From contig JBGASG010000002.1 in assembly GCA_044229845.1 (NCBI GenBank), positions 448,001-512,000 of the forward strand: DNA of 64,000 nt, in the 5' to 3' direction. The DNA is from Candidatus Obscuribacteraceae bacterium. GTDB lineage: Bacteria > Cyanobacteriota > Vampirovibrionia > Obscuribacterales > Obscuribacteraceae. Positions 36,978-46,834 of the stretch are shown piece after piece (within the stretch, counting starts at the first letter, position 1; the number at the start of each line of letters is the position of its first letter). The notes beneath the pieces were generated by a model, which was given only the letters and a program-made list of their open reading frames with translations, was not told where the DNA came from and did no database searches. A program made the position numbers and the translations under genes.

Positions 36978-38840
36978 ATGAAGTTTGAATTTTCGGAAGA
37001 GAACTATCAATGGTGTGGGCAGTGTGGTGGCAACGTCCGCAAGGATGTGGACTGGTGTCGCTATTGCCATAAGAAGATCGGCAGCCGTTTCCTGCGTGAC
37101 GAGCGCATCGTCCACCCATCCAATATTATTGACGGCGCCGCCCACTGGTTGCCCGACTTCGGCAATACCATCGCGCGCACTTCCGCCTACTTGCAAGAGC
37201 GCATTCGACGCGCCGACTCGGCGCTGGCTCGCGATCTGGGCGAAGAGGAAGGAAAGTTTTTCGCGGAAAAACAGAAGAAACGCACCGTCAATGCCTGCAG
37301 TGAATTCCCGCCGTCGGTGCAGGCAGCCGGTCTGGTCTGGGACATCATGCTCAGCTTGCGTGCCAACCTGGTCGATGTGGTGGCGCTCTGCGAAGACAAA
37401 CGCCTGCCTCTAATCGGAATCACCCCGGAGAGCCTGGCTCGCGAAGCGGAAGCACGTCTGGAAGAAACGCACGGCGGCAATCGTTGCAAGTATTGCTTTG
37501 AATTCATCGCCGCCAGCGCACCACAATGCCGTTATTGCGAATCAGACGGACAGTCGCCGCCCAAGAAGGTCGAGCAGGTAATCGTTTTCCGGCGCCTCGA
37601 CCCTGATTTGCTGGCTGAGGTGATTCTGTTCGAAGCGGCTAAAGCCAAAGCCAAGTCCGATCCTCCGTTGCCCACCGAAGTGCTCGAGAGGCATAGCATC
37701 ACGCCGGAGATTATCGAAGCCGAAGTGCAAAAGCGGCTGAAGCGCGAGCAAAAAATCCCCATGTCGGTCTGGCGAGCCAAACAAAAACAGTTGGGCGTCA
37801 AAACCGAACGCCCGCTCGCCGACGCAGCCATGGAAGATTTGCTTTCGCTGGCTTCCGGTTGTTCATGGGAAAACCGCAATCAAGAAGCTCAAATCGTCTA
37901 CCAGCATGCCACCTATCGCCTGGATGACTGTGACAACGCAACGTTGTTCAAAACCCGCATTTTGACCGGGCTGGCGTCGATTGCGCTCAGTCAGAACGAT
38001 GTCGAATCCTATAATAAATACAACAATGAAGCGAACGCATTGCGCAAAACGGAGATGCCGGCCATACTGCGCAAGCCCGCCGAGGACGAGACGGCACCTT
38101 TATCCAGCTCGTCGACCAGCAATAAAGTGGAAGAGCATCTGAAGCGCATGAAAGAGCGGCAGGCACAGGCAGCCGCAGAACAGGCGCCGCCCCAGCTGAC
38201 CAAAGTGATGGCTCAGTTGAATAATAAGATGAACAGCATGATGGGCAACACCATCGAACTTGCCAAACTGAAGCTGGATGCCGACACTGCTCGCGACACC
38301 GGAGATCTGGATCGGTCGGTGACCCTGATCGAAACCGGGCTCTCTCGACTGCGCAACAACGTCACTGACGTGATCAAGCAAGTGGAATTGCTGGGCATGC
38401 TGGCCCACGTCCAGAAGTTGCAGGGCAATCTTGATGGTGCGGAGGCGACTCATAAGCACGCCATTTCCATCGGCGAAGAACTGGCCGAACTGGGTGATGG
38501 ACAGGAGCATCCAGTCATCGAACACGCTAATTACAGGTATGGATGTTTTCTGGTTGATTGCGAGCGTTTCGCCGAAGCCGAGACTCACCTTGACCTGGCT
38601 CTGAAAGGCAGCCGGGAACATGATGAGCGACTACCGGACAGCTTGCGTTCCAAAGGTCCCTGGATATCAGAAATGGAAGCCAACATCAAAAAAGAGCTAG
38701 CGCGGTTGTATCGCAAAACCGACCGCCATACAGAAGCAGACGAAGCAGAAGCGGAAGCCATCCAGATACATCAGAAGCTGATGGAACAGAAGAAGACAAC
38801 CGGCACTCTGCGCAAATTTTCTGGCGCTACGCCTGAGTAG
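36978..38840 (+). CDS. Double zinc-ribbon plus TPR-like protein
   Basis: CGQC..CRYC and CKYC..CRYC ribbons; TPR-like helices in the C-terminal half. Confidence 0.75.
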   Translation: MKFEFSEENYQWCGQCGGNVRKDVDWCRYCHKKIGSRFLRDERIVHPSNIIDGAAHWLPDFGNTIARTSAYLQERIRRADSALARDLGEEEGKFFAEKQKKRTVNACSEFPPSVQAAGLVWDIMLSLRANLVDVVALCEDKRLPLIGITPESLAREAEARLEETHGGNRCKYCFEFIAASAPQCRYCESDGQSPPKKVEQVIVFRRLDPDLLAEVILFEAAKAKAKSDPPLPTEVLERHSITPEIIEAEVQKRLKREQKIPMSVWRAKQKQLGVKTERPLADAAMEDLLSLASGCSWENRNQEAQIVYQHATYRLDDCDNATLFKTRILTGLASIALSQNDVESYNKYNNEANALRKTEMPAILRKPAEDETAPLSSSSTSNKVEEHLKRMKERQAQAAAEQAPPQLTKVMAQLNNKMNSMMGNTIELAKLKLDADTARDTGDLDRSVTLIETGLSRLRNNVTDVIKQVELLGMLAHVQKLQGNLDGAEATHKHAISIGEELAELGDGQEHPVIEHANYRYGCFLVDCERFAEAETHLDLALKGSREHDERLPDSLRSKGPWISEMEANIKKELARLYRKTDRHTEADEAEAEAIQIHQKLMEQKKTTGTLRKFSGATPE

Positions 38841-39477
38841 ACTCCGGCTTTGCATTTTGGATGGCGAGTGCCTGCAGACTCGCGCCGTTGTAGCGATTGC
38901 GATCGACAGGTCCTTGAATGCCGTCGACTGCACCCTTGCTTGTATATTGCCAGATTGTCCAGTGCTGCCAGGGCTGCGGAATTAGCGGTCTATCGACCGA
39001 ATTCCAATTAGGCACCCAGAGCGGGTGGCTCGCCAGGTCAGCACCGTCTATGGTGGCAGTATCAAGCATATCCCTGGCGAAGTAATATCCGATGTAAACC
39101 AGTGGAGTTACCTGCAGCACGGCCCTGGCTTGCTGCAACCAACGGCAAAGAAACTGCCGACGCTGCGCCAGCGGCACGGGCGCCCACTTATCGCCTTCCA
39201 TATCCAGCGCCGGCGGCAGATCACCCGGTTCCAAGACCCCAACTGTGCGGGCGAAACTCTCCACCTGCTCCTCGACTGCCGAAGCTGGCGAGAGAAAGTG
39301 ATAAGCACCACGGACGATACCGCACTCTCTGGACGACTGCCAGTCCCGCGCGAACCCCGGGTTGACGTAAGTGGCTCCCTCGGTGGCTTTTATATAGGCA
39401 AAGGAAACCCCGGCTTCTTTCACCTTTCGCCAGTCTATAGAACCCTGCCAGCTCGAAACATCGATGCCTTCTATCAC
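38827..39477 (-). CDS. GH25 lysozyme/muramidase (catalytic domain only)
   Basis: GIDVSSWQG, YIKATEG, GAYHF, LDME, WQY and VDRN. Confidence 0.93.
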   Translation of the reverse strand: MIEGIDVSSWQGSIDWRKVKEAGVSFAYIKATEGATYVNPGFARDWQSSRECGIVRGAYHFLSPASAVEEQVESFARTVGVLEPGDLPPALDMEGDKWAPVPLAQRRQFLCRWLQQARAVLQVTPLVYIGYYFARDMLDTATIDGADLASHPLWVPNWNSVDRPLIPQPWQHWTIWQYTSKGAVDGIQGPVDRNRYNGASLQALAIQNAKPESTQA

Positions 39478-39531
39478 TTCTGTATCACGCCTCGAGCGGT
39501 AACGACTTCAGAACCGGGAGCGCGCAATAGA

Positions 39532-39561
39532 CAAAGAGGGCAGCGCCGGCCGCCCTCTTTG
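39532..39561. terminator. Hairpin between the Spy-like gene and GH25
   Basis: CAAAGAGGGC pairs with GCCCTCTTTG. Confidence 0.5.
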
Positions 39562-39591
39562 CACATAGTTGAAACGCCTTGGCGGGCAAGG

Positions 39592-40419
39592 TTATTGCGG
39601 CCCGGGTCCTGGTCCGCCGGGTCCACCCGGTCCACCCGGTCCACCCGGTCCACCCGGTCCACCCGGTCCGCCGTGTCCGTGATGACCACCATGATGCATC
39701 TTGCCGCCGCCGCCCATGCCCATCGGGCAGGCACCACCGCCTCCACCACCATGCATGCGACGCATCATCATGCCGCGATGTCCGCGCATAAAGTCGTGCA
39801 TAACAGCCATCTTCAAGAAACGCTCATGCAGCACTTTGCGCTGATCGGGCGTAAGAACGGCAAGCATGGACAGCTTTTTGTCCAGCTTCATGCTGGCCAG
39901 GTCGCCATGCAGTCCGTTGATCTTGTTCTGCAGCGAGGTAGCCTTACTGCGGTCCACATCCACAGCCATCAGCGTGTCTTTGAGACTGGAAGAAGCCTGC
40001 TGCAACTCGAACATCTTGGGCGCCGACTTATCGTTGAATTCTTTTGATACCTGATACAGCTTCTCCCACTGGTCGTCGGTGAGCGCCTGCTCTTTAGGGA
40101 ACAGACCGTGGTGTCCGCCATGTCCCGCATCGGCGACTAGTGTCGGGCCGCCTGCGGTGGGGGGAAGCGATGCCAGGAACAGTTCCGCCGGCGGAACCAT
40201 GGATGCTTCGAGAATATCTTCCTCTTCAATGCCGCCCATCAACGGCGGGGCAGCAATGGTAAATACGACGTCTGGTCCGCCGACGGGCGGCATCATGGCA
40301 GGCGGCGGCATTGCGGGGGCGCCTGGCCCTTCGTCATCGACCTGTGCGTAGGCAGCCAGCCCAGCTGTGGAAGATACCAGCACGGCTGCTGCGGCCAGTA
40401 AGAGTTTGGATTTACGCAT
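39592..40419 (-). CDS. Spy/CpxP-like (heavy-metal-sensor-type) periplasmic protein with a Met/His/Gly-rich tail
   Basis: Signal peptide, LTDDQ...LTPDQR (LTxxQ motifs) and a (GGP)7 tail. Confidence 0.8.
   Translation of the reverse strand: MRKSKLLLAAAAVLVSSTAGLAAYAQVDDEGPGAPAMPPPAMMPPVGGPDVVFTIAAPPLMGGIEEEDILEASMVPPAELFLASLPPTAGGPTLVADAGHGGHHGLFPKEQALTDDQWEKLYQVSKEFNDKSAPKMFELQQASSSLKDTLMAVDVDRSKATSLQNKINGLHGDLASMKLDKKLSMLAVLTPDQRKVLHERFLKMAVMHDFMRGHRGMMMRRMHGGGGGGACPMGMGGGGKMHHGGHHGHGGPGGPGGPGGPGGPGGPGGPGPGPQ
39611..39673. repeat. 9-bp tandem repeat GGTCCACCC (5 exact plus 2 variant copies), encodes (GGP)7
   Basis: Directly visible in the sequence. Confidence 0.95.
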
Positions 40420-40594
40420 TAATCGCTCCTTGCAAAACGGACAGTTAGATCAGGGCACACAAACTAAAACGCTTGAGACCTCCAAAAAGTTCAATTCTCC
40501 AGATTAAAAATAACTCCGTTTATCTTCTGGGTCTGATGTCCTTCCATTATCCGCCGTATCAGCTTCTATTGCCTCGCACTCCTGGAGCTGCCTA

Positions 40595-40702
40595 TTGCCA
40601 GATTGGCAAATTGCGGGCGTCAGAAGTTGCCGATCTGGCAACAGACGTCCGTTTTAATCTGAATTTGCAAGCACGCGACCTCGAAAATTGCCAATCTGGC
40701 AA
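40595..40702. promoter_or_regulatory. Three 15-bp palindromic sites TTGCC-N5-GGCAA (putative operators)
   Basis: TTGCCAGATTGGCAA 40595-40609, TTGCCGATCTGGCAA 40627-40641, TTGCCAATCTGGCAA 40688-40702. Confidence 0.6.
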
Positions 40703-40729
40703 GCCCTGATTTAGACGAATAACTTTAAT

Positions 40730-41203
40730 TTAGCTGGTGGCTTCTGCTTTCAGTTCGTCGATCAAATCGATCAATCGGCTGCGTACGCTTTCGCCGATAT
40801 TAACCAGTTGGTCGCGACGGATGCGCAATTTGAAGGGTATGCCTTTCACGACAATCGAGAGGTCATACCACTCTTCTTCAGCCTTCTGAAGAAACTCCTC
40901 GATCGCTCCGATGCCGAAACCAAGAAAGGCTGGATAGTCACCAATATTGGTGTCACTGACATCGACCCATTCGCCGGATGGAACTTGCGCTAAATAGGTC
41001 CCGAGAAGCTTGCGATACTGCGGTTCGTGCAACGAGCTTTCTGCAATGTCCAGCTCGCGCTTAGGATAGCCGGTCAATTCGTTTTGCAGCCAGCGCAGCC
41101 GGATGTCTGTGAGATTGCCGCCCGCTTCGTCACGGATGCGCTCGATGGCCCGCTTCAGGGGCATCGACCGGTCGAGCAAGCTCTGTCTTACGTCGTCCAG
41201 CAC
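40730..41203 (-). CDS. AbiTii-like domain protein (stand-alone)
   Basis: LLDRSMPL..AI...WLQNELTGY...PQYRKL..G pattern; GTG start 2 bp after the asnS stop. Confidence 0.6.
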   Translation of the reverse strand: MLDDVRQSLLDRSMPLKRAIERIRDEAGGNLTDIRLRWLQNELTGYPKRELDIAESSLHEPQYRKLLGTYLAQVPSGEWVDVSDTNIGDYPAFLGFGIGAIEEFLQKAEEEWYDLSIVVKGIPFKLRIRRDQLVNIGESVRSRLIDLIDELKAEATS

Positions 41204-41205
41204 AT

Positions 41206-42630
41206 TTAGAACTCGGCGTATTTCGGCGTACGCGGGAATGGAATCACGTCGCGAATGTTGCCCATACCAGTGACGAATTGCACGCAGCGCTCCAACCCCA
41301 GCCCAAATCCGGCGTGCGGCACAGTGCCGTAGCGGCGCAAATCGAGATACCACCAGTATTCTTCCGGATTCAATCCAGATTCGACCATGCGCTTTTCGAG
41401 AATATCGACGCGCTCTTCACGCTGGCTGCCGCCGATAATCTCGCCGACACCGGGTACCAGTACATCCATGGCGCGCACAGTTTTCTCGTCTTCGTTCATG
41501 CGCATGTAGAAAGCTTTGATTTCGCGCGGGTAGTCGGTGACAATCGTCGGCCGCTTGAACTTCTGCTCGGTGAGATAACGCTCGTGTTCGGTTTGCAGAT
41601 CAATCCCCCACTTGACCGGAAACTCGAACTTCTCGCCGCAAGACTCGAGAATTTTCACAGCTTCCGTATAAGAAACGCGCTCGAACTCTTTGTCGACAAT
41701 GCCTTTCAATCTATCGAGCAAAGTATTGTCGATGCGCTCGTGGAAAAACTCCATGTCGCTCGTGCAGTTGTTGAGCACGTCGGAGAAGATGTGCTTGAGG
41801 AAAGCCTCGGCAAGGTCCATGTCACCTTCCAGGTCGCAGAAGGCGCATTCCGGTTCGACCATCCAGAACTCAGCCAGGTGCCGGCTGGTGTTGGAGTTTT
41901 CAGCACGGAACGTTGGTCCGAATGTGTACACATCGCTGAATGCAGTGGCAAAAGTTTCGGCCTCGAGTTGTCCGCTGACTGTCAAATTAGTCGGGCGTCC
42001 AAAAAAGTCTTCTTCGAAATTGACCTCAGACGGATTGTCTTCCCGTCTCGGTGCATTCAATAGATCGAGCGTCGTCACTTTGAACATTTGTCCGGCGCCT
42101 TCGCAATCGGAGGCGGTGACGATGGGAGTCTGCACGTAAACAAACCCGCGCGACTGGAAGAAGTCGTGGATCGAACGACAGACTTCGTTGCGCACCCGGA
42201 AGACGGCGCCGAAGGTGTTGGTGCGCGGACGCAAGTGAGCAATCGTGCGCAGGAACTCCATCGATGTACCCTTCTTTTGAAGGGGGTAGGTGGCAGGATC
42301 TGAAAAGCCGAAAACTTTGACCGACTCAGCCTTCACTTCGGTCGCCTGTCCTTTGGCCGGCGATTCCACAATTGTGCCGATCACCTCGACACTACTGCCT
42401 ACTCCCAACTTGAGAATCTCGTCTTCGTAGTTGGGCAGTTTGGCTTCCGCCATCACCTGCACGCCTTTCATCGACGAGCCGTCGTTGAGATCGATAAATG
42501 AAAAGCCGCCCTTCGAGTCGCGGCGGGTTCTCACCCATCCGCACAAACGCACTTGTTTGCCGACATTTTCTGCCAGCAATGCGTCTTTGACTCTGGTTCG
42601 CGATTTCAATGTGTCTTTCAGATCCAGCAT
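41206..42630 (-). CDS. asnS: Asparagine--tRNA ligase
   Basis: [47 protein letters not shown] and [11 protein letters not shown]. Confidence 0.97.
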   Translation of the reverse strand: MLDLKDTLKSRTRVKDALLAENVGKQVRLCGWVRTRRDSKGGFSFIDLNDGSSMKGVQVMAEAKLPNYEDEILKLGVGSSVEVIGTIVESPAKGQATEVKAESVKVFGFSDPATYPLQKKGTSMEFLRTIAHLRPRTNTFGAVFRVRNEVCRSIHDFFQSRGFVYVQTPIVTASDCEGAGQMFKVTTLDLLNAPRREDNPSEVNFEEDFFGRPTNLTVSGQLEAETFATAFSDVYTFGPTFRAENSNTSRHLAEFWMVEPECAFCDLEGDMDLAEAFLKHIFSDVLNNCTSDMEFFHERIDNTLLDRLKGIVDKEFERVSYTEAVKILESCGEKFEFPVKWGIDLQTEHERYLTEQKFKRPTIVTDYPREIKAFYMRMNEDEKTVRAMDVLVPGVGEIIGGSQREERVDILEKRMVESGLNPEEYWWYLDLRRYGTVPHAGFGLGLERCVQFVTGMGNIRDVIPFPRTPKYAEF

Positions 42631-42644
42631 GAGGAAACTCCGAC

Positions 42645-43283
42645 TTACTTCTTGCGAATGACAAAGATGCCGTCGCGCACCGGCAGCAACACGCGGTCGA
42701 CGCTTGTATCGGCAGCGACGAATTCATTTAACGCGGCAATCGCCTTGCCGTCCTCATCTTTGGGGCTCAAAACCGATCCGCCCCAGAGAACGTTGTCGAC
42801 ACAGATTACGCCGCCGCTGCGCACCAGTGGCAATACCGCTTTGTAATAGTTGAGATAGTTGGTCTTGTCGGCATCGATGAAGACGACATCGAACGGTGCC
42901 TGCAGACTTTCGATCGTATCCAGACCGGCACCTTGCTTGATGGTGATCTTCTTGCCATGGGGGCTGCGATCAAAATACGACTGCGCGATTCTGATCACTT
43001 CCGGATCGATCTCGCAGGTGATCAGCTCTCCGCCTTCAGGCAAACCTTCGGCCATAGACAGGGCTGAATAGCCCGTGAACATGCCGACTTCCAGGACGCG
43101 TTTGGCACCGGTGATCTGCACCAGCAGTTTCAAGAACCGCCCTTCTATGGGACCACAAAGCATCTGTGGCATCGTGGTGCGTTTATAGGTCTCTTCCACA
43201 AGTTCTTTGAGCAGGTTGCCGGTCGGTTCCGACTTCGCAACGGCGTATTCTTCGATTTCTTTGTCGACCAGCGTGATGACCAT
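42645..43283 (-). CDS. Class I SAM-dependent O-methyltransferase (caffeoyl-CoA OMT-like)
   Basis: [18 protein letters not shown] and DNVLWGG. Confidence 0.93.
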   Translation of the reverse strand: MVITLVDKEIEEYAVAKSEPTGNLLKELVEETYKRTTMPQMLCGPIEGRFLKLLVQITGAKRVLEVGMFTGYSALSMAEGLPEGGELITCEIDPEVIRIAQSYFDRSPHGKKITIKQGAGLDTIESLQAPFDVVFIDADKTNYLNYYKAVLPLVRSGGVICVDNVLWGGSVLSPKDEDGKAIAALNEFVAADTSVDRVLLPVRDGIFVIRKK

Positions 43284-43432
43284 CTTGCTCTCTCCTCATG
43301 GCGGACGAAACTATCAAAATGTCTGCTGGTTATACCAGATCGGGCTCGCCATGGGACGAGAGCAGCCGTCTATCTTGACAGCGACCTTTGATGAACGTCT
43401 GAAAACCTCGCCTGGCTGCGGTTTGTAGTAAG

Positions 43433-44863
43433 ATGCCCGAAGAAAGAGGTCGTTACCAAATGGAGATGAGAGCAGACCACATCGGTCCTCTGGACATGTT
43501 TAAGATCGGCGTCGGTCCGTCCAGCTCGCACACGGTCGGACCGATGATTGCCGCTCTGGAGTTTCGCAAGCGGGCGCTCGACCAGGGCATAGCGATTGCC
43601 GGCGGCAGACTGAAAGTCGAATTGTTCGGCAGCCTTTCGGCGACCGGTCGCGGACACGCCACCGACGGAGCGGTCTGCGCGGGGATTTCCGGGTTGCATC
43701 CGCGCACGGCAATGCCGGATGACATCTGGGCCGTGATGCCCGCTCTGGAAGCCGATCCTCGTCTTGATTTTGAGGAGGTCGGCGCCGGGCAGATGATTGC
43801 CTTCCAGCCCCAGACCGACATCATCTGGGCGGGTTGGTTTCTTGACGACAAGCCTCTACCCCATCCAAATACGCTTCGCTTTCGCCTCCTGTCGGCCGGC
43901 GGAGAAATCGAGTTCGAGCAAATCACAGTTTCGGTCGGCGGCGGTTTTATAGAACAGGTGAATGCCGAAACACTGAAGCGCATAACGCCTGAAACTCAGT
44001 CGGTGCGTTTGAAGCTGCCTCACCCTTATAACAGCGCTCAAGAGTTTCTCGAGCAATGCGAGAAGAGCGGATTGCTGCCGTGGGAGCTGGTTTTAGCCAA
44101 TGAAAAGGCGCGCGGATTTGAGCCGGAGACTTTGAGAGGGCAGCTGCGCGAAATTCTGGAAACCATGGAAAACTCCATACAGCGCGGCTTGAGCACCAAC
44201 GGCATTTTGCCAGGCGGTCTGAACGTCAGGCGACGCGCCAAGGAGCTGTACCAGCAGATGCAAGCCGGCAAGCAACCGGGCTGGTCCGGCAATGACCTGC
44301 GCCCCTCGGTTTACGCCATGGCAGTCAATGAAGAAAACGCTGCCGGCGGGCGCGTGGTCACAGCACCAACCAACGGCTCGTCCGGCATCATTCCTTCTGT
44401 ATGGCGAACGCTGCGCGAATCCAACGATCTTAGCAACGACACTCTCGTGAACGGACTGCTGGTCGCATCGGTGATCGGCGCGCTGGTGAAGACCCATGCC
44501 TCCATAAGTGGTGCCGAGGTCGGCTGCCAGGGTGAAGTCGGGACTTCATGCGCAATGGCTGCCGCCGGCGCCGTCGCCATGCTGGGCGGCAATGCCCAGC
44601 AAATTGAACAAGCCGCCGAGATCGGCATCGAGCACCACTTAGGAATGACGTGCGACCCGATCAAGGGACTGGTGCAGATTCCCTGTATCGAACGCAACGC
44701 GATGGGGGCGGTAAAAGCTCTCAATGCCGCGGCCCTCTCGTTGGCTTCCGACGGCACGCATTTGATCAGTCTCGATCGAGCGCTCGAAGTTATGAAGCAG
44801 ACCGGACTCGACATGAACCAGAAATACAAAGAAACGGCGACCGGCGGATTGGCGCTGGGATGA
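43433..44863 (+). CDS. sdaA: L-serine ammonia-lyase, Fe-S dependent, single chain (start may be 43460 or 43466)
   Basis: FKIGVGPSSSHTVGPM, AVNEENAAGG..VTAPTNG, SGAEVGCQGEVG and TCDP..GLVQIPCIERN. Confidence 0.96.
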   Translation: MPEERGRYQMEMRADHIGPLDMFKIGVGPSSSHTVGPMIAALEFRKRALDQGIAIAGGRLKVELFGSLSATGRGHATDGAVCAGISGLHPRTAMPDDIWAVMPALEADPRLDFEEVGAGQMIAFQPQTDIIWAGWFLDDKPLPHPNTLRFRLLSAGGEIEFEQITVSVGGGFIEQVNAETLKRITPETQSVRLKLPHPYNSAQEFLEQCEKSGLLPWELVLANEKARGFEPETLRGQLREILETMENSIQRGLSTNGILPGGLNVRRRAKELYQQMQAGKQPGWSGNDLRPSVYAMAVNEENAAGGRVVTAPTNGSSGIIPSVWRTLRESNDLSNDTLVNGLLVASVIGALVKTHASISGAEVGCQGEVGTSCAMAAAGAVAMLGGNAQQIEQAAEIGIEHHLGMTCDPIKGLVQIPCIERNAMGAVKALNAAALSLASDGTHLISLDRALEVMKQTGLDMNQKYKETATGGLALG

Positions 44864-44876
44864 ACCTAAAAACTGC

Positions 44877-44905
44877 TTGACATGTGAGATTTATTCAACT
44901 ATCCT
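44877..44905 (+). promoter_or_regulatory. Putative sigma70 promoter
   Basis: TTGACA-N17-TATCCT about 100 bp upstream of ATG 45002. Confidence 0.6.
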
Positions 44906-45001
44906 CCTAGCTGGACTAAGTTCCCCCCACCCAAAGTCCATTTACTAGGAAACTCCACGCGCTTGTTCACGCTCCGCCTCCGGAGGGTGAAATATCGGAC
45001 T

Positions 45002-45940
45002 ATGGCTGAAGAAAATAACAGCAGCAGCGCCGCCAACTCAACGCCACAAGAGCGTTGTGATATCACTTTCTCTCTAGCTATCAAGCGTGAGGGAAGACAG
45101 ATCACGCACACTTTCGATGTCGATGTTGAAACCGACTTCACTCGAGTTGAGTCCGTCGACTCCACAGCCCCGACGCGACGTGTCGTCGATCAGCGCCCCG
45201 AAGTCCGCACGGAGCGCTTTTATGATTTGCGCGGCCAGCGGGAGGTGCTGAACCGCGAGACGACCCGCGCGCAGGACGGCCAGTGGATCACGCGCGAAGT
45301 TATGCACGACGGCGGCAATGTCAGAGCCGACCGCATCACGGTCGCCACCAGATATGGTGTGCCGCTGCACTCCACAGAGCGACATCTGAGTGCCAACCGG
45401 GTGATTTTCGAAGCCGTCACCACATACACCGTCGAGGGCGGCGCCAACACTACGATCAAGAAATACTTCGACTTCGAAGGCGGGCACCTGACGCGCACCG
45501 AAAACATTCTCTGGCATCCATCGGGCACGGCCGCCGTCAGCGAGATCAGCTGCTATGACGCCGCCGGCAGCGAACGACAGTTCTCCAAAATCATTCACGA
45601 CGACATGGGCATTCACCGCTGGGAAGAACGCACCACATTCAGTGGCGGCTCCCACAATATTCCGCTGGCTCAAGAGATTATTTTGTACAACCGGTCCGGC
45701 AAAGAAGCTTATCGCGATGCGGTTTACTACGACCAGTGCGGACAGGTCGCCCAGCGCGTTTCGGACTTCGTCTCCAATCTGCAGCAGATAGCCGAAAATG
45801 CCCAGGCGCCGCGAGTGAGCGATCCTGACGCCACTCCCACCATCGCCCAGAAGGTTATCGTGCAGCCCTCTTCGACGCCGCAGCCACCGGCACGCAATCA
45901 AGAAGACACCGAAGCTAAACAGTTGAAGCGCGTCAATTAA
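45002..45940 (+). CDS. Hypothetical protein with beta-hairpin-like repeats
   Basis: GGAGG RBS; recurring x(Y/F/H)DxxG turns (FYDLRG, YFDFEG, CYDAAG, YYDQCG). Confidence 0.7.
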   Translation: MAEENNSSSAANSTPQERCDITFSLAIKREGRQITHTFDVDVETDFTRVESVDSTAPTRRVVDQRPEVRTERFYDLRGQREVLNRETTRAQDGQWITREVMHDGGNVRADRITVATRYGVPLHSTERHLSANRVIFEAVTTYTVEGGANTTIKKYFDFEGGHLTRTENILWHPSGTAAVSEISCYDAAGSERQFSKIIHDDMGIHRWEERTTFSGGSHNIPLAQEIILYNRSGKEAYRDAVYYDQCGQVAQRVSDFVSNLQQIAENAQAPRVSDPDATPTIAQKVIVQPSSTPQPPARNQEDTEAKQLKRVN

Positions 45941-46012
45941 CGACCGGTTTGCGCTCACTTCTCGACTCCCAGCGATCCGGCTAAAATAGAGCCACTGGAG
46001 TTGGAGTTGCCA

Positions 46013-46834
46013 ATGGCAGAAGGTCCTACCCTTCAAGAATTGTTCGACCGATATGTGGGCACCGTGCTGGCTAAACAAGCCGCGCTGGCAGACACTGCGC
46101 CGTCGCCTTTCTGGGAGTGGAAGTTGTTCGAGAAAGAAGGCTTTGGCATGGTGAACATTCCAGGGCTGGGCGAGTTCGAGATGCAGTTCATCGGCTCGGA
46201 GAGTTTCGTCAGTAACACTTGGCTGCATGGCTGGTCAAACAACTCCGTGCCGGATGGATTTGTCAGAGCCTCCTCCAGCTATTCCGATCATTTCGATTCG
46301 GAGGTGCTTTTCACCGAATCGCAGTTGCCGCTGGATGTAGTCAACGGCGACTTCTTCTGCGTGATTGGCTGCGAGATGTTAGGTGCCTCTGCCTATGTCG
46401 CATTGCCAAATAAAGACAACAAAGGCGATGGCTTCTGGTTGTTGTTCGACCTGCCATTGATCAATTTTCGGCCGACCCCACTTAATCGCATCAACACAGT
46501 CTTCGCTATGATGGATGAGTCGACGCAGATCATCGATCGGCCGACCGCAATGCGTGAGTTTTTGATCCGCGACGGCTTCGCTTATGCCTCTCACGAACAC
46601 GATGCCGGCTTTACCGAAACATTCACGGCCGACGGCAGAGTGGTTAAGTTCGAGTACAAACAATCGGAAGACGAAAACGGCGTTTTCTATACTTTCACGC
46701 GCAACTACGAAATCAGTGACGACGACCTGGCGATCGAGCCGCAGCACGAATCTGTCGAGCAAAACTGGAACAGCCTGATTCGGGCGCCGCTCAGCCGTCC
46801 TGTCCAGCTGGACTATCGTCCGTCTAAGGTTTAG
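46013..46834 (+). CDS. Hypothetical protein, DUF6882-like
   Basis: QFIGSES..NTWLHGWSN resembles the DUF6882 signature; acidic protein. Confidence 0.6.
   Translation: MAEGPTLQELFDRYVGTVLAKQAALADTAPSPFWEWKLFEKEGFGMVNIPGLGEFEMQFIGSESFVSNTWLHGWSNNSVPDGFVRASSSYSDHFDSEVLFTESQLPLDVVNGDFFCVIGCEMLGASAYVALPNKDNKGDGFWLLFDLPLINFRPTPLNRINTVFAMMDESTQIIDRPTAMREFLIRDGFAYASHEHDAGFTETFTADGRVVKFEYKQSEDENGVFYTFTRNYEISDDDLAIEPQHESVEQNWNSLIRAPLSRPVQLDYRPSKV

Noticed and set aside
39025..40047. 340-aa plus-strand ORF with STR repeats
   Set aside because: Antisense to the GH25 and Spy-like genes; the repeat is the reverse of the (GGP)n codons.
40473..40709. 78-aa ORF over the palindrome region
   Set aside because: TTG start without an RBS and no motif; the palindrome spacing (32 and 61 bp) is not codon-phased.
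40730..41353. 148-bp overlap of the downstream ORF with asnS
   Set aside because: Artefact of longest-ORF calling; the GTG at 41203 removes the overlap.
45074..46228. 384-aa minus-strand ORF (and likewise 58891-60054)
   Set aside because: They span two real plus-strand genes in antisense and have no recognisable features.
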